Shown here piece by piece: positions 1-8,857 of a stretch of DNA of 64,000 nucleotides; within the stretch, counting starts at the first letter, position 1, and each line of letters begins with the position of its first letter. The position numbers and the translations under genes are program-made. The stretch covers positions 1 to 64,000 of the forward strand of contig CAXULY010000016.1 in the NCBI GenBank assembly GCA_964252075.1, read 5' to 3'. The notes below the pieces were generated by a model. The model saw nothing but the letters and a program-made list of their open reading frames with translations, was not told where the DNA came from and did no database searches. This DNA is from an uncultured Deinococcaceae bacterium. Lineage in GTDB: Bacteria > Deinococcota > Deinococci > Deinococcales > Deinococcaceae.

Positions 1-692
1 TCCGGCGCCAACCGGTTGATCCCCGGGATCGCGCCCGACAGGATGCGCAGGTCGCGCGAGCGGTCCGGCCGTGCGGCCAGCGCCGCCATGAGGGCGGCCG
101 GCTCACCCGCAGAGCCCGGCAGGTAAAGGCTCACGCCCGGCCGGATGGCGTCCTGCATCACGCGGTGCGCGCGGTCCCCCCAGCGGCACGCCTCGCGGAT
201 CAGGGCGATCTCCGCGTCGCTCTTGATCATGCGGGGGTCGTCAATGAGGTCCAGGCGCTCCGCGACGGGGCGGTCCGCGAGGACGCTCAGGCGAGGGCCG
301 CGGTACCCCCAGCGGTGCTCGTAACCGTCCACGTCCGCCGCCAGCGGCCCGGACGGCAGCAGCGGCAGCAGGGCCCGCAGGGGGTGCACGCCACTGCCGC
401 CGCCCGGGTACTCCGGGTACGTCGTTACGTGCGGCAGGTCCGGGCACTGCTGCGCGAAGTGCCCCCCCTCCAGCTCGGGAATCAGCACGCGCAGTTCGCC
501 GCCTTCGGTCAGCACGACCGCCACGGGCCGCTCCGTCGCCGCGAAGAAGAAACCCGTGAGCCACGCCACGCGCGTCGGGCCGAACACGCACAGCGCCGCG
601 AGCCCCTCGCGCTGCACGCTGGCCGCGACCGCCGCGCGGCGCGCGGCGTACTCCGCCCGCCCGATCTCCAGCGGCTCATGGACGCTAGCCAC
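1..692 (-). CDS. Xaa-Pro peptidase family (M24) protein, 3' end outside the window
   Basis: Absent from the ORF track because it runs off the edge. Manual translation from GTG at 692 (GGAGG 6 nt upstream): MASVHEPLEIGRAEYAARRAAV...RVAWLTGFFF...PRMIKSDAEIALIREACRWGD. This is a creatinase-like N-domain followed by the M24 'R.IKS..EI' motif. Overlaps the IclR stop. Confidence 0.85.
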   Translation of the reverse strand, partial: MASVHEPLEIGRAEYAARRAAVAASVQREGLAALCVFGPTRVAWLTGFFFAATERPVAVVLTEGGELRVLIPELEGGHFAQQCPDLPHVTTYPEYPGGGSGVHPLRALLPLLPSGPLAADVDGYEHRWGYRGPRLSVLADRPVAERLDLIDDPRMIKSDAEIALIREACRWGDRAHRVMQDAIRPGVSLYLPGSAGEPAALMAALAARPDRSRDLRILSGAIPGINRLAP

Positions 693-1464
693 GCACGGCC
701 TCCGCGGGTTGCAGCATCAGTTCGCTGGCGGCGCGGTGCGCGATCTCCCGCACCGCGCGGCTCACCTCCGGCACGCGCTCGCGCGTGAGGCGGCTGCTGG
801 GGCCCGCCACGCCGAGCGCCGCGATGACCTTCCCCGCGCCGTTCAGGAGCGGCGCGGAGAGGCTCCGCACGCCCAGCTCGCGTTCCTCGTCGTCCTCCGC
901 GAAGCCCTGCTGGCGCACGTGCACGAGTTCATCCTGCAGGCGCGCCCAGGTGGTAATGGTGTTCGGCGTGCGCGGCATCAGGCCCGTCTTGTCCACCACG
1001 TCCCGCACGCGGGCGGGCGGCAGGTCCGCCAGGAACAGCTTCCCCACGTCCGAGCAGTACAGGTGCGCGACGCTGCCCGGCGTAGTGAACATGCGCATCA
1101 TGGTGAGCGGCTCCAGCTGACTGAGGTAGATGGCCTGCGTGCCGTACAGCTCCGCGAGGTGCGCCGTCTCGCCGCTGGCGTCCACGAGTTCCTGCAGGAA
1201 GGGCCGCACGCGCCGCACGAGGTCGTAGCGCAGGTACAGCGAGCGCGACACCTCCACGATCTGCGGCCCGATGTCGTAGCGCTTGCTGAAGGCGTCCTGA
1301 TGCACGTAGCCCTTCGCGGTGAGGGTCTGCAGGATGCGGTGGATGGTGCTGGGGGCGAGGCCCATCGCGCCGGACAGCTCCGCGACGCTCAGCGGCCGCT
1401 GCGCCCCCACGATGGTGTCGATGATGTCGAGCGCGCGCTCGACGCTCTGCACGCCTTCACTCAT
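685..1464 (-). CDS. IclR family transcriptional regulator (259 aa)
   Basis: N-terminal HTH (VQSVERALDII...LAPSTIHRILQTL) and C-terminal IclR effector domain (GKLFLA...GFAEDDEERELGVRSLSAP). Confidence 0.95.
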   Translation of the reverse strand: MSEGVQSVERALDIIDTIVGAQRPLSVAELSGAMGLAPSTIHRILQTLTAKGYVHQDAFSKRYDIGPQIVEVSRSLYLRYDLVRRVRPFLQELVDASGETAHLAELYGTQAIYLSQLEPLTMMRMFTTPGSVAHLYCSDVGKLFLADLPPARVRDVVDKTGLMPRTPNTITTWARLQDELVHVRQQGFAEDDEERELGVRSLSAPLLNGAGKVIAALGVAGPSSRLTRERVPEVSRAVREIAHRAASELMLQPAEAVRG

Positions 1465-1477
1465 GGCGCCCGCCCGG

Positions 1478-2725
1478 TCAGGCCTGCGTCCCGCCAGGCT
1501 GGACGGAACCCGGCTGCGCGGCGCCCGGCTGGAACATGCGCAGGCTGCGCGGCGAGTGCATCTGCCCGTACAGGTAATCAATGAAGGCGCGGCGGTCCTC
1601 GGGCTTCGTGCGCTCGCGCACCTCCCGCACCGCCTCATCCCCGAACCAGTAGCTCGCGATGAACGGCCCGCGGAAAGGGTAGCTCGCGAAGCGGATGCGG
1701 CCCTGCACCCAGGCGGGCTGCCCGAAGGCCTGCCGCTCCAGGTACTCCGCGACGCGCGCCTCCGGCCAGCCCTCGCCCATCTGGTACCACGCGGCGCTCG
1801 TGGCGGTCGCGGTGCGCAACCGGCGCAGGTTCATGTGCAGTTCGTCGTCGGCGGACTCCACCCAGTCGATCAGGTGCACGCCCTGATCCCCGATGCCCTC
1901 CTGGATGCAGCCCGTCACGGCGTTCGTGGTGCACAGCAGCACGTCCGGCGTGCTGCGCCCGCTCTCCGCCCAGTCGCGCGTGAGGAGCAGCTGCGTGCTG
2001 TGCCCGGGGAAGACCTCGTGCGCGACGAGGTGCTTCAGCGCGCCGCGCGTGAAGCTCAGGTCCACGTTGAGGTCCATCTGGCCCTCGTTGAAGTTGCAGC
2101 GCGCTGTGAACGGCACGCCGCGCAGGGTGTTCAGGCGCATGGTGTAGTCGCCGGTCGCGTAGATCAGGGCGTCCGTGCGGGCCTGCGCGTCCGCCATGAG
2201 TTCCTCGAACACCGCGCCGAGCTGATCGGCGGGCACCGCGCGCTCCTCCTCCCAGCGCGCCACGCGCTCCGCGACGCTGCCCTGGCGGAACCCGGCGGCG
2301 TTCAGCGCGGCGTCGATGCGCTCGCGCAGGTCCGCGAGCACCTCGTCCGGGACGGGCTGCGCGGGCACGCCCACCAGGCCTTCGAGTTTCTCGCGGAAGC
2401 TGAGCTCCTCGCCCTCGAAGAGCCGCGCGGCGGTGCGCAGGGAGCGCAGCATGTCGTCCAGGAAGGCGCGGCGGGGCGCGTCCGTGAGGCCCGGCAGGTC
2501 GCGCTCGATGGCGGCCAGTTCGGCGTGCACGGCGTCCCAGTCGTCGAAGGGCGTGCCGGGCACGATCGCGTCGCCGAGGTAGATGGGCACCAGGCCCTCG
2601 CTGTCCAGCACCCCGTGCCCGCGCGAGAGGCGGCGCTCCAGGTGGTCCATGCCGACGGTGAGGGCGGTGAGGCGGCGCCCCAGCACGTGGTCGAGGCTCT
2701 GCGTCCTGCTTGGTTCTGTGGTCAT
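1478..2725 (-). CDS. DUF885-like zincin-fold protein (415 aa), putative metallohydrolase
   Basis: HEVFPGH motif, downstream QEG and a late SYWFG segment. ATG at 2725 has AGGAG upstream. Confidence 0.65.
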   Translation of the reverse strand: MTTEPSRTQSLDHVLGRRLTALTVGMDHLERRLSRGHGVLDSEGLVPIYLGDAIVPGTPFDDWDAVHAELAAIERDLPGLTDAPRRAFLDDMLRSLRTAARLFEGEELSFREKLEGLVGVPAQPVPDEVLADLRERIDAALNAAGFRQGSVAERVARWEEERAVPADQLGAVFEELMADAQARTDALIYATGDYTMRLNTLRGVPFTARCNFNEGQMDLNVDLSFTRGALKHLVAHEVFPGHSTQLLLTRDWAESGRSTPDVLLCTTNAVTGCIQEGIGDQGVHLIDWVESADDELHMNLRRLRTATATSAAWYQMGEGWPEARVAEYLERQAFGQPAWVQGRIRFASYPFRGPFIASYWFGDEAVREVRERTKPEDRRAFIDYLYGQMHSPRSLRMFQPGAAQPGSVQPGGTQA

Positions 2726-2768
2726 GGGGTCTCCTGCCCACAATCCTAAGCACATCCCGGAGGCCGGG

Positions 2769-2819
2769 ATTCCACATTGCGGAACACGTGTCTAGTCAAG
2801 TTATTCCGTAGATCGGAAT
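2769..2819. promoter_or_regulatory. Two palindromic operator-like sites, probably bound by IclR
   Basis: TTCCACATTGCGGAA at 2770-2784 and ATTCCGTAGATCGGAAT at 2803-2819, both TTCC-N7-GGAA, in the divergent intergenic region. Confidence 0.7.
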
Positions 2820-2837
2820 GATTATGCAGACGGGGCC

Positions 2838-2866
2838 TTGACACAACCTTCAGGATGCTTCATGCT
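2838..2866 (+). promoter_or_regulatory. Sigma-70-type promoter of the ABC/catabolic operon
   Basis: TTGACA (2838-2843), 17-nt spacer, CATGCT (2861-2866). Confidence 0.7.
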
Positions 2867-2934
2867 CACGCTCAAATCTCAACCCGGTACGCTCGGTTTT
2901 CGCGCAGGTCCAGCTCCACACCCGGAGGTCCACG

Positions 2935-4551
2935 ATGCACCAGGAACGCAGCGCCCGCCATTCCGTATCCCGAAACCGCACCCATCTGCTCGCCCTGACG
3001 GGCATTCTGCTCTGCGGAATGGCCATTGCGCAGCAGCGCGGCGGCACCCTCACCGTCGGCCTCGGCTACGACATCGACACCCTGAACGTGTACTCCACCG
3101 GGTACCTCGGGGACGTGCAGGCGGCCGTCGTGGAGGGCCTCGTCGCCCCGAACGGCAGCGCCCAGTACGTGCCGGTGCTCGCCACGCAGGTGCCCACCCT
3201 CAAGAACGGCGGCATCAAACTCAGCGCGGACGGCAAGCGGATGGACATCACGTACAAGCTCCGCCCGAACGTCAAGTGGAGTGACGGCCAGCCCTTCACC
3301 AGCGCCGACGTGAAGTTCACCTGGGAAGCCGTCAAGAACCCCAAGTTCATCGCGGAGAGCAAGGACGGCGCCGACGACGTCGAGAGCATCGACACGCCCG
3401 ACCCCCTCACCGCCGTCGTGCACTACAAGCGCGTCACGCCGGACTTCGCCAGCACGCTCTTCACCTTCGGCATCTTCCCCAAGCACACGCTAGAGGGCAA
3501 GGACCTCAACACCGACAACTACAACAACATGCCGCTCGGCACCGGCCCCTTCATGGTCAAGGAATTCCGGCGCGGCCAGTACGTCACGCTCGTGCGCAAC
3601 CCGTACTACTGGCGCAAGGACAGCAAGGGCGTGCAGCTCCCGTACCTGGACGGCATGGTGTTCAAGATCATCCCCGACAGCAACACCCTCGTCACGCAGC
3701 TGAAGTCCGGCGAGATCCAGATGGCGTACAACGTGCCCTACTCCCAGGTGCCGCAGCTGCAGAGCACCGCCGGCCTGAAGATCGTGAAGAGCAAGGTGCT
3801 CTCCTGGCAGCACCTCGACTTCAACTTCAAGGGGCCCGCCGCGCTGCGCGACCTGAACGTGCGCAAGGCCATGGCGTACGCCATCAGCAAGCCCATCATC
3901 GCCAAGGCGCTTGGCGGCTACCCGGTGCCGCTCAACACGGTCGTGGTGCCGGTGTTCTCATACGCCAGCACCAGCGTGCCCAAGTACAACTACGACCCCG
4001 CCAAGGCCAAGGCGCTCCTCGACGCCGCCGGCTACAAGCCGGGCTCGGACGGCATCCGCGCCAAGAACGGTCAGCGCCTCAGCTTCAAGATCATGGTGCA
4101 GACCGGCCGCACGAATGACGAGATCGGCGAGCAGATCATCATCGCGCAGGCCAAGGCGGTCGGCATCGAGCTCGTCCCGGACAACAAGTCCGGCGTGGCC
4201 TTCCGCGAGGCGCGCTACAAGGGCGGCTACGACCTGTTCTACAGCGGCTGGATCACCAGCGCCGACCCCAGCTACAGCGTCTTCTTCGGCACCAAGGGCG
4301 CGAACAACGGCCAGGGCTACTCCAACCCCAAGATTGACGCGCTCCTCGCGCAGGCGGAAGGCACCATCGACCCGGACACCCGCAAGCAGGCCCTCGTGCA
4401 GTTCCAAGACCTGCTCATGGCGGACCTGCCCAGCATTCCAATCACCACGAACACCTCCGTCATCGCCGTGACGGACAAGCTGCAGAACTTCGTGCCGAAC
4501 CCCACGAACATGACGAACTTCGTGGACACCAGCCGCTGGGCCCTGAAGTGA
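2935..4551 (+). CDS. Peptide/nickel ABC transporter substrate-binding protein, family 5 (DppA/OppA-like)
   Basis: GGAGG RBS, signal peptide ending AIA-QQ, motifs LRPNVKWSDGQPFTSADVKFTW and GTGPF. Confidence 0.95.
   Translation: MHQERSARHSVSRNRTHLLALTGILLCGMAIAQQRGGTLTVGLGYDIDTLNVYSTGYLGDVQAAVVEGLVAPNGSAQYVPVLATQVPTLKNGGIKLSADGKRMDITYKLRPNVKWSDGQPFTSADVKFTWEAVKNPKFIAESKDGADDVESIDTPDPLTAVVHYKRVTPDFASTLFTFGIFPKHTLEGKDLNTDNYNNMPLGTGPFMVKEFRRGQYVTLVRNPYYWRKDSKGVQLPYLDGMVFKIIPDSNTLVTQLKSGEIQMAYNVPYSQVPQLQSTAGLKIVKSKVLSWQHLDFNFKGPAALRDLNVRKAMAYAISKPIIAKALGGYPVPLNTVVVPVFSYASTSVPKYNYDPAKAKALLDAAGYKPGSDGIRAKNGQRLSFKIMVQTGRTNDEIGEQIIIAQAKAVGIELVPDNKSGVAFREARYKGGYDLFYSGWITSADPSYSVFFGTKGANNGQGYSNPKIDALLAQAEGTIDPDTRKQALVQFQDLLMADLPSIPITTNTSVIAVTDKLQNFVPNPTNMTNFVDTSRWALK
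2960..3020. promoter_or_regulatory. Two further copies of the operator-like palindrome inside the binding-protein signal-peptide codons
   Basis: ATTCCGTATCCCGAAA at 2960-2975 and ATTCTGCTCTGCGGAAT at 3004-3020. Same 15-bp geometry as the upstream sites, one mismatch each. Confidence 0.5.
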
Positions 4552-4555
4552 AGTG

Positions 4556-4596
4556 CGCTGGAGGGACCTTCGCCTCGCGCCGGGGTCCCTCCAGCG
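4556..4596 (+). other. Intercistronic hairpin after the binding-protein gene (mRNA stabiliser or partial terminator)
   Basis: Perfect 13-bp inverted repeat CGCTGGAGGGACC / GGTCCCTCCAGCG. Confidence 0.7.
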
Positions 4597-4627
4597 TTGC
4601 CCCGACGCGCACGCACCCGGAGCCGCT

Positions 4628-5581
4628 GTGAACCTGAGTTACCTGATCCGCCGCGTGGCGAGCATGATTCCCCTGCTGATCGGCGTGTCCCTGATCCTGT
4701 TCGGGGTGCTGCACCTCGCGCCCGGCACGCCGCTCGACGTGTACGCCGACAACCCCAGCGTCAGCCAGACCGCCCTCGACGAGATGAAGGTCGCGCTCGG
4801 CCTGGACCAGCCCCTCCCCATCCAGTACGTGAAGTGGTTCACGGCCTTCTTCCAGGGCGAGTGGGGGTACTCCATCCGCACCGCCCGCCCCGTCACGGTG
4901 GAGGTCGCCGAACGCTTCGGCCCCACGCTGCTGCTCGGCGGCACGGCCTTCGTGCTGGCGCTGCTGCTCGCCGTGCCGCTCGGCATCCTGAGCGCGCTGC
5001 GGCGCTACACCGCCGTGGATTACGCCATCACCCTGGCGTCCTTCCTCGGCATCTCCATGCCGGTCTTCTGGCTGGCCCTGATGCTGCAGCTGCTGTTCAG
5101 CGTGCAGTGGCGCGTGCTGCCCTCCGCCGGCATGATGACCATCGGCGGCGGGACCTTCGTGGACGTGCTGCGCCACCTGCTGCTGCCCGCCGTGATCCTG
5201 GCGTTTGCCAGCGTCGCCGGCTGGAGCCGATACATGCGCAGCAGCATGGTGGAGGTCCTCAGCCAGGACTATGTGCGCACCGCCAAAGCCAAGGGCCTCG
5301 CGGCGCGCAAGGTCGTGTGGCGCCACGCGCTGAGAAACGCCCTCATTCCCGTCATCACGGTCGTCGCGCTGGACTTCGCGGGCATCATCTCGGGCGCCGT
5401 CATCACCGAGACGATCTTCGCGTGGCCCGGCATCGGGCGGCTCTTCATCGACAGCATGAACGGCCGCGACTACCCCGTCCTGATGGCCCTCATGATGCTC
5501 GGCAGCTTCGCGCTGGTCGTCAGCAACCTACTGGCGGACCTCGCCTACGCCGCCGCCGACCCGAGGATTCGATATGAATAA
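4628..5581 (+). CDS. Peptide ABC transporter permease (DppB/OppB-like)
   Basis: GTG start after GGAG. Motifs LGLDQPLPIQY, EAA loop QDYVRTAKAKGL...HALRNALIP and ETIFAWPGIG. Confidence 0.95.
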   Translation: MNLSYLIRRVASMIPLLIGVSLILFGVLHLAPGTPLDVYADNPSVSQTALDEMKVALGLDQPLPIQYVKWFTAFFQGEWGYSIRTARPVTVEVAERFGPTLLLGGTAFVLALLLAVPLGILSALRRYTAVDYAITLASFLGISMPVFWLALMLQLLFSVQWRVLPSAGMMTIGGGTFVDVLRHLLLPAVILAFASVAGWSRYMRSSMVEVLSQDYVRTAKAKGLAARKVVWRHALRNALIPVITVVALDFAGIISGAVITETIFAWPGIGRLFIDSMNGRDYPVLMALMMLGSFALVVSNLLADLAYAAADPRIRYE

Positions 5582-5632
5582 CCCCTGGCTGCGCCCGCCC
5601 CGGCGCCCCTCACGCACCCGCGCGGGGCGCCC

Positions 5633-6514
5633 GTGACCGTCACCGCACCCGCCCCCGTGGCACCCGTGCGCGCGGACTCGCCCGGGCGGCGCTTCACGCG
5701 GCGCTTCTTCAAGCACAAGCTGGCCCTCACCGGCCTCGTGGTGCTGCTGCTGCTGGCGCTCGCCGCGATCCTCGCGCCCGTCATCACGCACGGCGCGCCG
5801 GACACGCAGGACTTCACCATCATCGGTACGCCCACCGCGCCCAGCCAGGCGCACCTCATGGGCACCGATGAACTCGGCCGGGACAGCCTCACGCGCGTCC
5901 TGTACGGCGCGCGCGTGTCCCTCACGGTGGGCCTGGTGAGCGCGCTCATCGCGACCTTCCTGGGCACGCTGATCGGCGCGCTCAGCGGGTACTATGGCGG
6001 CGCGCTCGACACCTTCCTGATGCGCCTCACGGACGTGGTGCTGTCCATCCCGCTGCTGCCCCTGGTGATTCTGTTGTCGGGCCTGCTGCGCCCCAGCGTC
6101 ACGCTGCTGGTCTGCATCATCGGCGGGCTCGGCTGGATGGGCACCGCGCGCCTCGTGCGCGGGCAGTTCCTGAGCCTGCGCGAGCGTGAGTACGTGGAGG
6201 CCAGCCGCGCGCTGGGCGGCAGCGCGAACCGCGTGATGTTCCGCCACATCCTCCCGAACGCCATCGGGCCCATCGTGGTGTCCACGACCCTCGCGGTGGG
6301 CAGCGCCATCATGCTGGAGAGCGCCCTGAGCTTCCTGGGCCTCGGCGTGCAGCCGCCCACCCCCACCTGGGGGAACCTCCTGAACAACGCCAGCCAGTGG
6401 CTGCAGGGCGCGCCGTGGCTCGCTGTCTTCCCCGGCGTGATGATCCTCATCACGGTGCTGTCCGTGAACTTCCTCGGCGACGGCCTGCGCGACGCGCTCG
6501 ACCCCAGGAACTGA
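5633..6514 (+). CDS. Peptide ABC transporter permease (DppC/OppC-like)
   Basis: Motifs GTDELGRD, EYVEASRALG...RHILPN and GDGLRDALDP. Confidence 0.95.
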   Translation: MTVTAPAPVAPVRADSPGRRFTRRFFKHKLALTGLVVLLLLALAAILAPVITHGAPDTQDFTIIGTPTAPSQAHLMGTDELGRDSLTRVLYGARVSLTVGLVSALIATFLGTLIGALSGYYGGALDTFLMRLTDVVLSIPLLPLVILLSGLLRPSVTLLVCIIGGLGWMGTARLVRGQFLSLREREYVEASRALGGSANRVMFRHILPNAIGPIVVSTTLAVGSAIMLESALSFLGLGVQPPTPTWGNLLNNASQWLQGAPWLAVFPGVMILITVLSVNFLGDGLRDALDPRN

Positions 6515-6629
6515 CGGTGACCGCCCGCCACGCCCGAGCGGCCTTCAACGGCGACCTCTCGCCGCCCTGACTGGCACCGCACCACGCCACGGCCAAGCGC
6601 CTCACCCACCATCCAACATCGAGGTACGC

Positions 6630-7709
6630 ATGAAAATCACCATCATCGGCGCGGGGGCCATCGGGGGCCTCGCGGGAGCCTACATGACGCGCGCGGGCCA
6701 CGACGTGACCCTCACCGACCGCTGGACGGAACACATCGACGCCCTGAAAGCCAACGGCCTCACCGTGGACGGCGTGCGCGGCGACCTGCACTTCGACGTG
6801 AAGGCCCTGCACCCCAGTGAACTCACAGGCCCGCTGGAGTGCGTCATGATCGCCACGAAATCCCAGCACACGCTGGACGCGCTGGAGAGCGTGCTGCACC
6901 TGTTCGGGCCGGACACCTTCGTGGTGTCGTACCAGAACGGCTTCAACGAGCCGGACATCATCGCGCGCCTCGAAGCGGCGGGCCTCGGTGGGCGCGAGCG
7001 CGTCATGGGCAGCATCCCGAATTACGGCGGGGCGCTCGTGGACCCCGGCCACATTGAGTTCGTGCACGAGGGCCCCATCCAGCTGGGCGAGATGACGGGC
7101 GAGCGCACCGCGCGCCTCGTGGAGCTCGCGGAGAACCTCTCGGCCCTCACGGAGGTGCAGCTCTCGGACAACATCTGGGGGCAGATCTGGGCGAAAGAGG
7201 TGTACAGCGCGCAGGTGGTGTTCAGCGCGCTGGTGAACGCGCCCGTCACGGAGAGCCTGGGCGTGGAGCGCTACGCGCGCGTCGCGGGCGCCGTGGTGCG
7301 CGAGGCGCTGGAGATCGCGGAGGCGAACGGCATCACCGTGGAGGCCTTCGACTTCTTCGACCCCGCGAACTACAAGCCCCAGTCGCCCGAGGAGACGCAG
7401 AAGCTGCTGGACAACATCCACCACGCCATCTGGCTCCTGAAGAAGGACCAGAAGCCGCAGGCGCACGCCTTCAAGAAGAAGGGCAGCGGCATCTGGTGGG
7501 ACATCGTGTACCGCAACCGCCCCAGCGAGGTGCGCTCCAGCAACGGCAAGCTCATCGCCTTCGGGGAGCGCGTGGGGGCGGACACCCGCCTGAACGCCAA
7601 GCTCTGCGAGATGATCTACGAGATCGAGGGCGGGCAGCGTGAGCTCGGCTTTCACAACTACGACGAACTGGAGGCCTACGTGACCGGCATCGGAAAGGCC
7701 CTGCCATGA
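6630..7709 (+). CDS. Ketopantoate reductase family (ApbA/PanE-like) 2-keto-acid reductase
   Basis: GAGAIG Rossmann motif, ATKS, SYQNG, catalytic-position Lys (IWAK) and Glu (PSEV...NG). Confidence 0.85.
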   Translation: MKITIIGAGAIGGLAGAYMTRAGHDVTLTDRWTEHIDALKANGLTVDGVRGDLHFDVKALHPSELTGPLECVMIATKSQHTLDALESVLHLFGPDTFVVSYQNGFNEPDIIARLEAAGLGGRERVMGSIPNYGGALVDPGHIEFVHEGPIQLGEMTGERTARLVELAENLSALTEVQLSDNIWGQIWAKEVYSAQVVFSALVNAPVTESLGVERYARVAGAVVREALEIAEANGITVEAFDFFDPANYKPQSPEETQKLLDNIHHAIWLLKKDQKPQAHAFKKKGSGIWWDIVYRNRPSEVRSSNGKLIAFGERVGADTRLNAKLCEMIYEIEGGQRELGFHNYDELEAYVTGIGKALP

Positions 7710-8857
7710 CCGGCGGGCAGAAGTTGGGCGTCGGCGTGATCGGCGCGCACGCCTGGGCGGAGAAGGCGCACCTCCCCGGTTACGCCGCGTACGACCGCGC
7801 GGACCTCGTCGCGATCTGCGACACCATCCCGGAGCGCGCGCAGGCCCTCGCGGACATGTTCGGCATCCGGCGCGTGTACACCGACCACCGCGAGATGCTG
7901 CGCGACCCGGAGGTGCAGATGGTGGACGTCTGCACCCCCACCGACACGCACCTGCCGCTCAGCCTGGACGCCATCGCGGCGGGCAAGCACGTGCTGAGCG
8001 AGAAGCCCCTCGCGCACCACGCGGCGGACGCCTTCATGGCGGCCCGCAAGGCGCGCGAGGCGGGCGTGCGAACCAAGCTGGGCTTCACCTTCCGGTACTC
8101 CCCGGCCATCCGCCAGATTCACGACTGGATCGCGGACGGCACGCTCGGCGAGATCTTCCACGTGCACGGCCTGGAGCAGAACAGCCAGTTCCTCGACCCG
8201 CAGTTCCCGCTGCGGCAGGTGACGGCGGGCGCCGACTGGAATTCCCTCATTCCGTCCAGTGTGGTGGGCTACGGCTCGCACCTGCTGGACCTCGTGCGCT
8301 GGTGCGTCGGCGAGTACGCCAGCGTGATCGGCAGCATGAAGAACTTCGTGCCCGAACGCGTGGTGCGCGGGTACGGCGAGGACCTGCAGCGCATCCAGGT
8401 GGAGGACGGCACCGTCGCCCTCGCGGAGTTCGAGGGCGGCGCGCAGGGCATCCTGCAGACCAGCTACATCGCCGTCGGGAACTACCCCGGCGTGGAGCTG
8501 CGCGTGTACGGCAGCAAGGGCGCCGCCGTCGCGCGACTCGTGGAGGAAAACGGCATCGCGGAGACGCTGCGCTTCGCGACGCCCGACCAGGTGGAGTTCC
8601 GCGACGTGCAGCTCCCGGACAGCGCCTACCCGCCCGGCACGACCCTGCACACGCCGTGGCCGGAGCTGTACTACCGCAACCTCGTGCGGCACTTCGTGGA
8701 CGAGATCCTGGACGGCGCGCCCGAGGAGTGCACCTTCTACGACGGCGCGAAGAGCCAGGAGGTCGTGAACGCCATCGTGCAGAGCCACACCGAGCGCCGC
8801 TGGGTGGACCTGCCCCTGTACCCCGAGGAGACCCTGCAGAAAGAAGCCTTGGCGTGA
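7706..8857 (+). CDS. Gfo/Idh/MocA family oxidoreductase
   Basis: Motifs GVGVIGA, VCTPTDTH, GKHVLSEKP and GSHLLD. ATGA overlap with the upstream stop. Confidence 0.92.
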   Translation: MTGGQKLGVGVIGAHAWAEKAHLPGYAAYDRADLVAICDTIPERAQALADMFGIRRVYTDHREMLRDPEVQMVDVCTPTDTHLPLSLDAIAAGKHVLSEKPLAHHAADAFMAARKAREAGVRTKLGFTFRYSPAIRQIHDWIADGTLGEIFHVHGLEQNSQFLDPQFPLRQVTAGADWNSLIPSSVVGYGSHLLDLVRWCVGEYASVIGSMKNFVPERVVRGYGEDLQRIQVEDGTVALAEFEGGAQGILQTSYIAVGNYPGVELRVYGSKGAAVARLVEENGIAETLRFATPDQVEFRDVQLPDSAYPPGTTLHTPWPELYYRNLVRHFVDEILDGAPEECTFYDGAKSQEVVNAIVQSHTERRWVDLPLYPEETLQKEALA

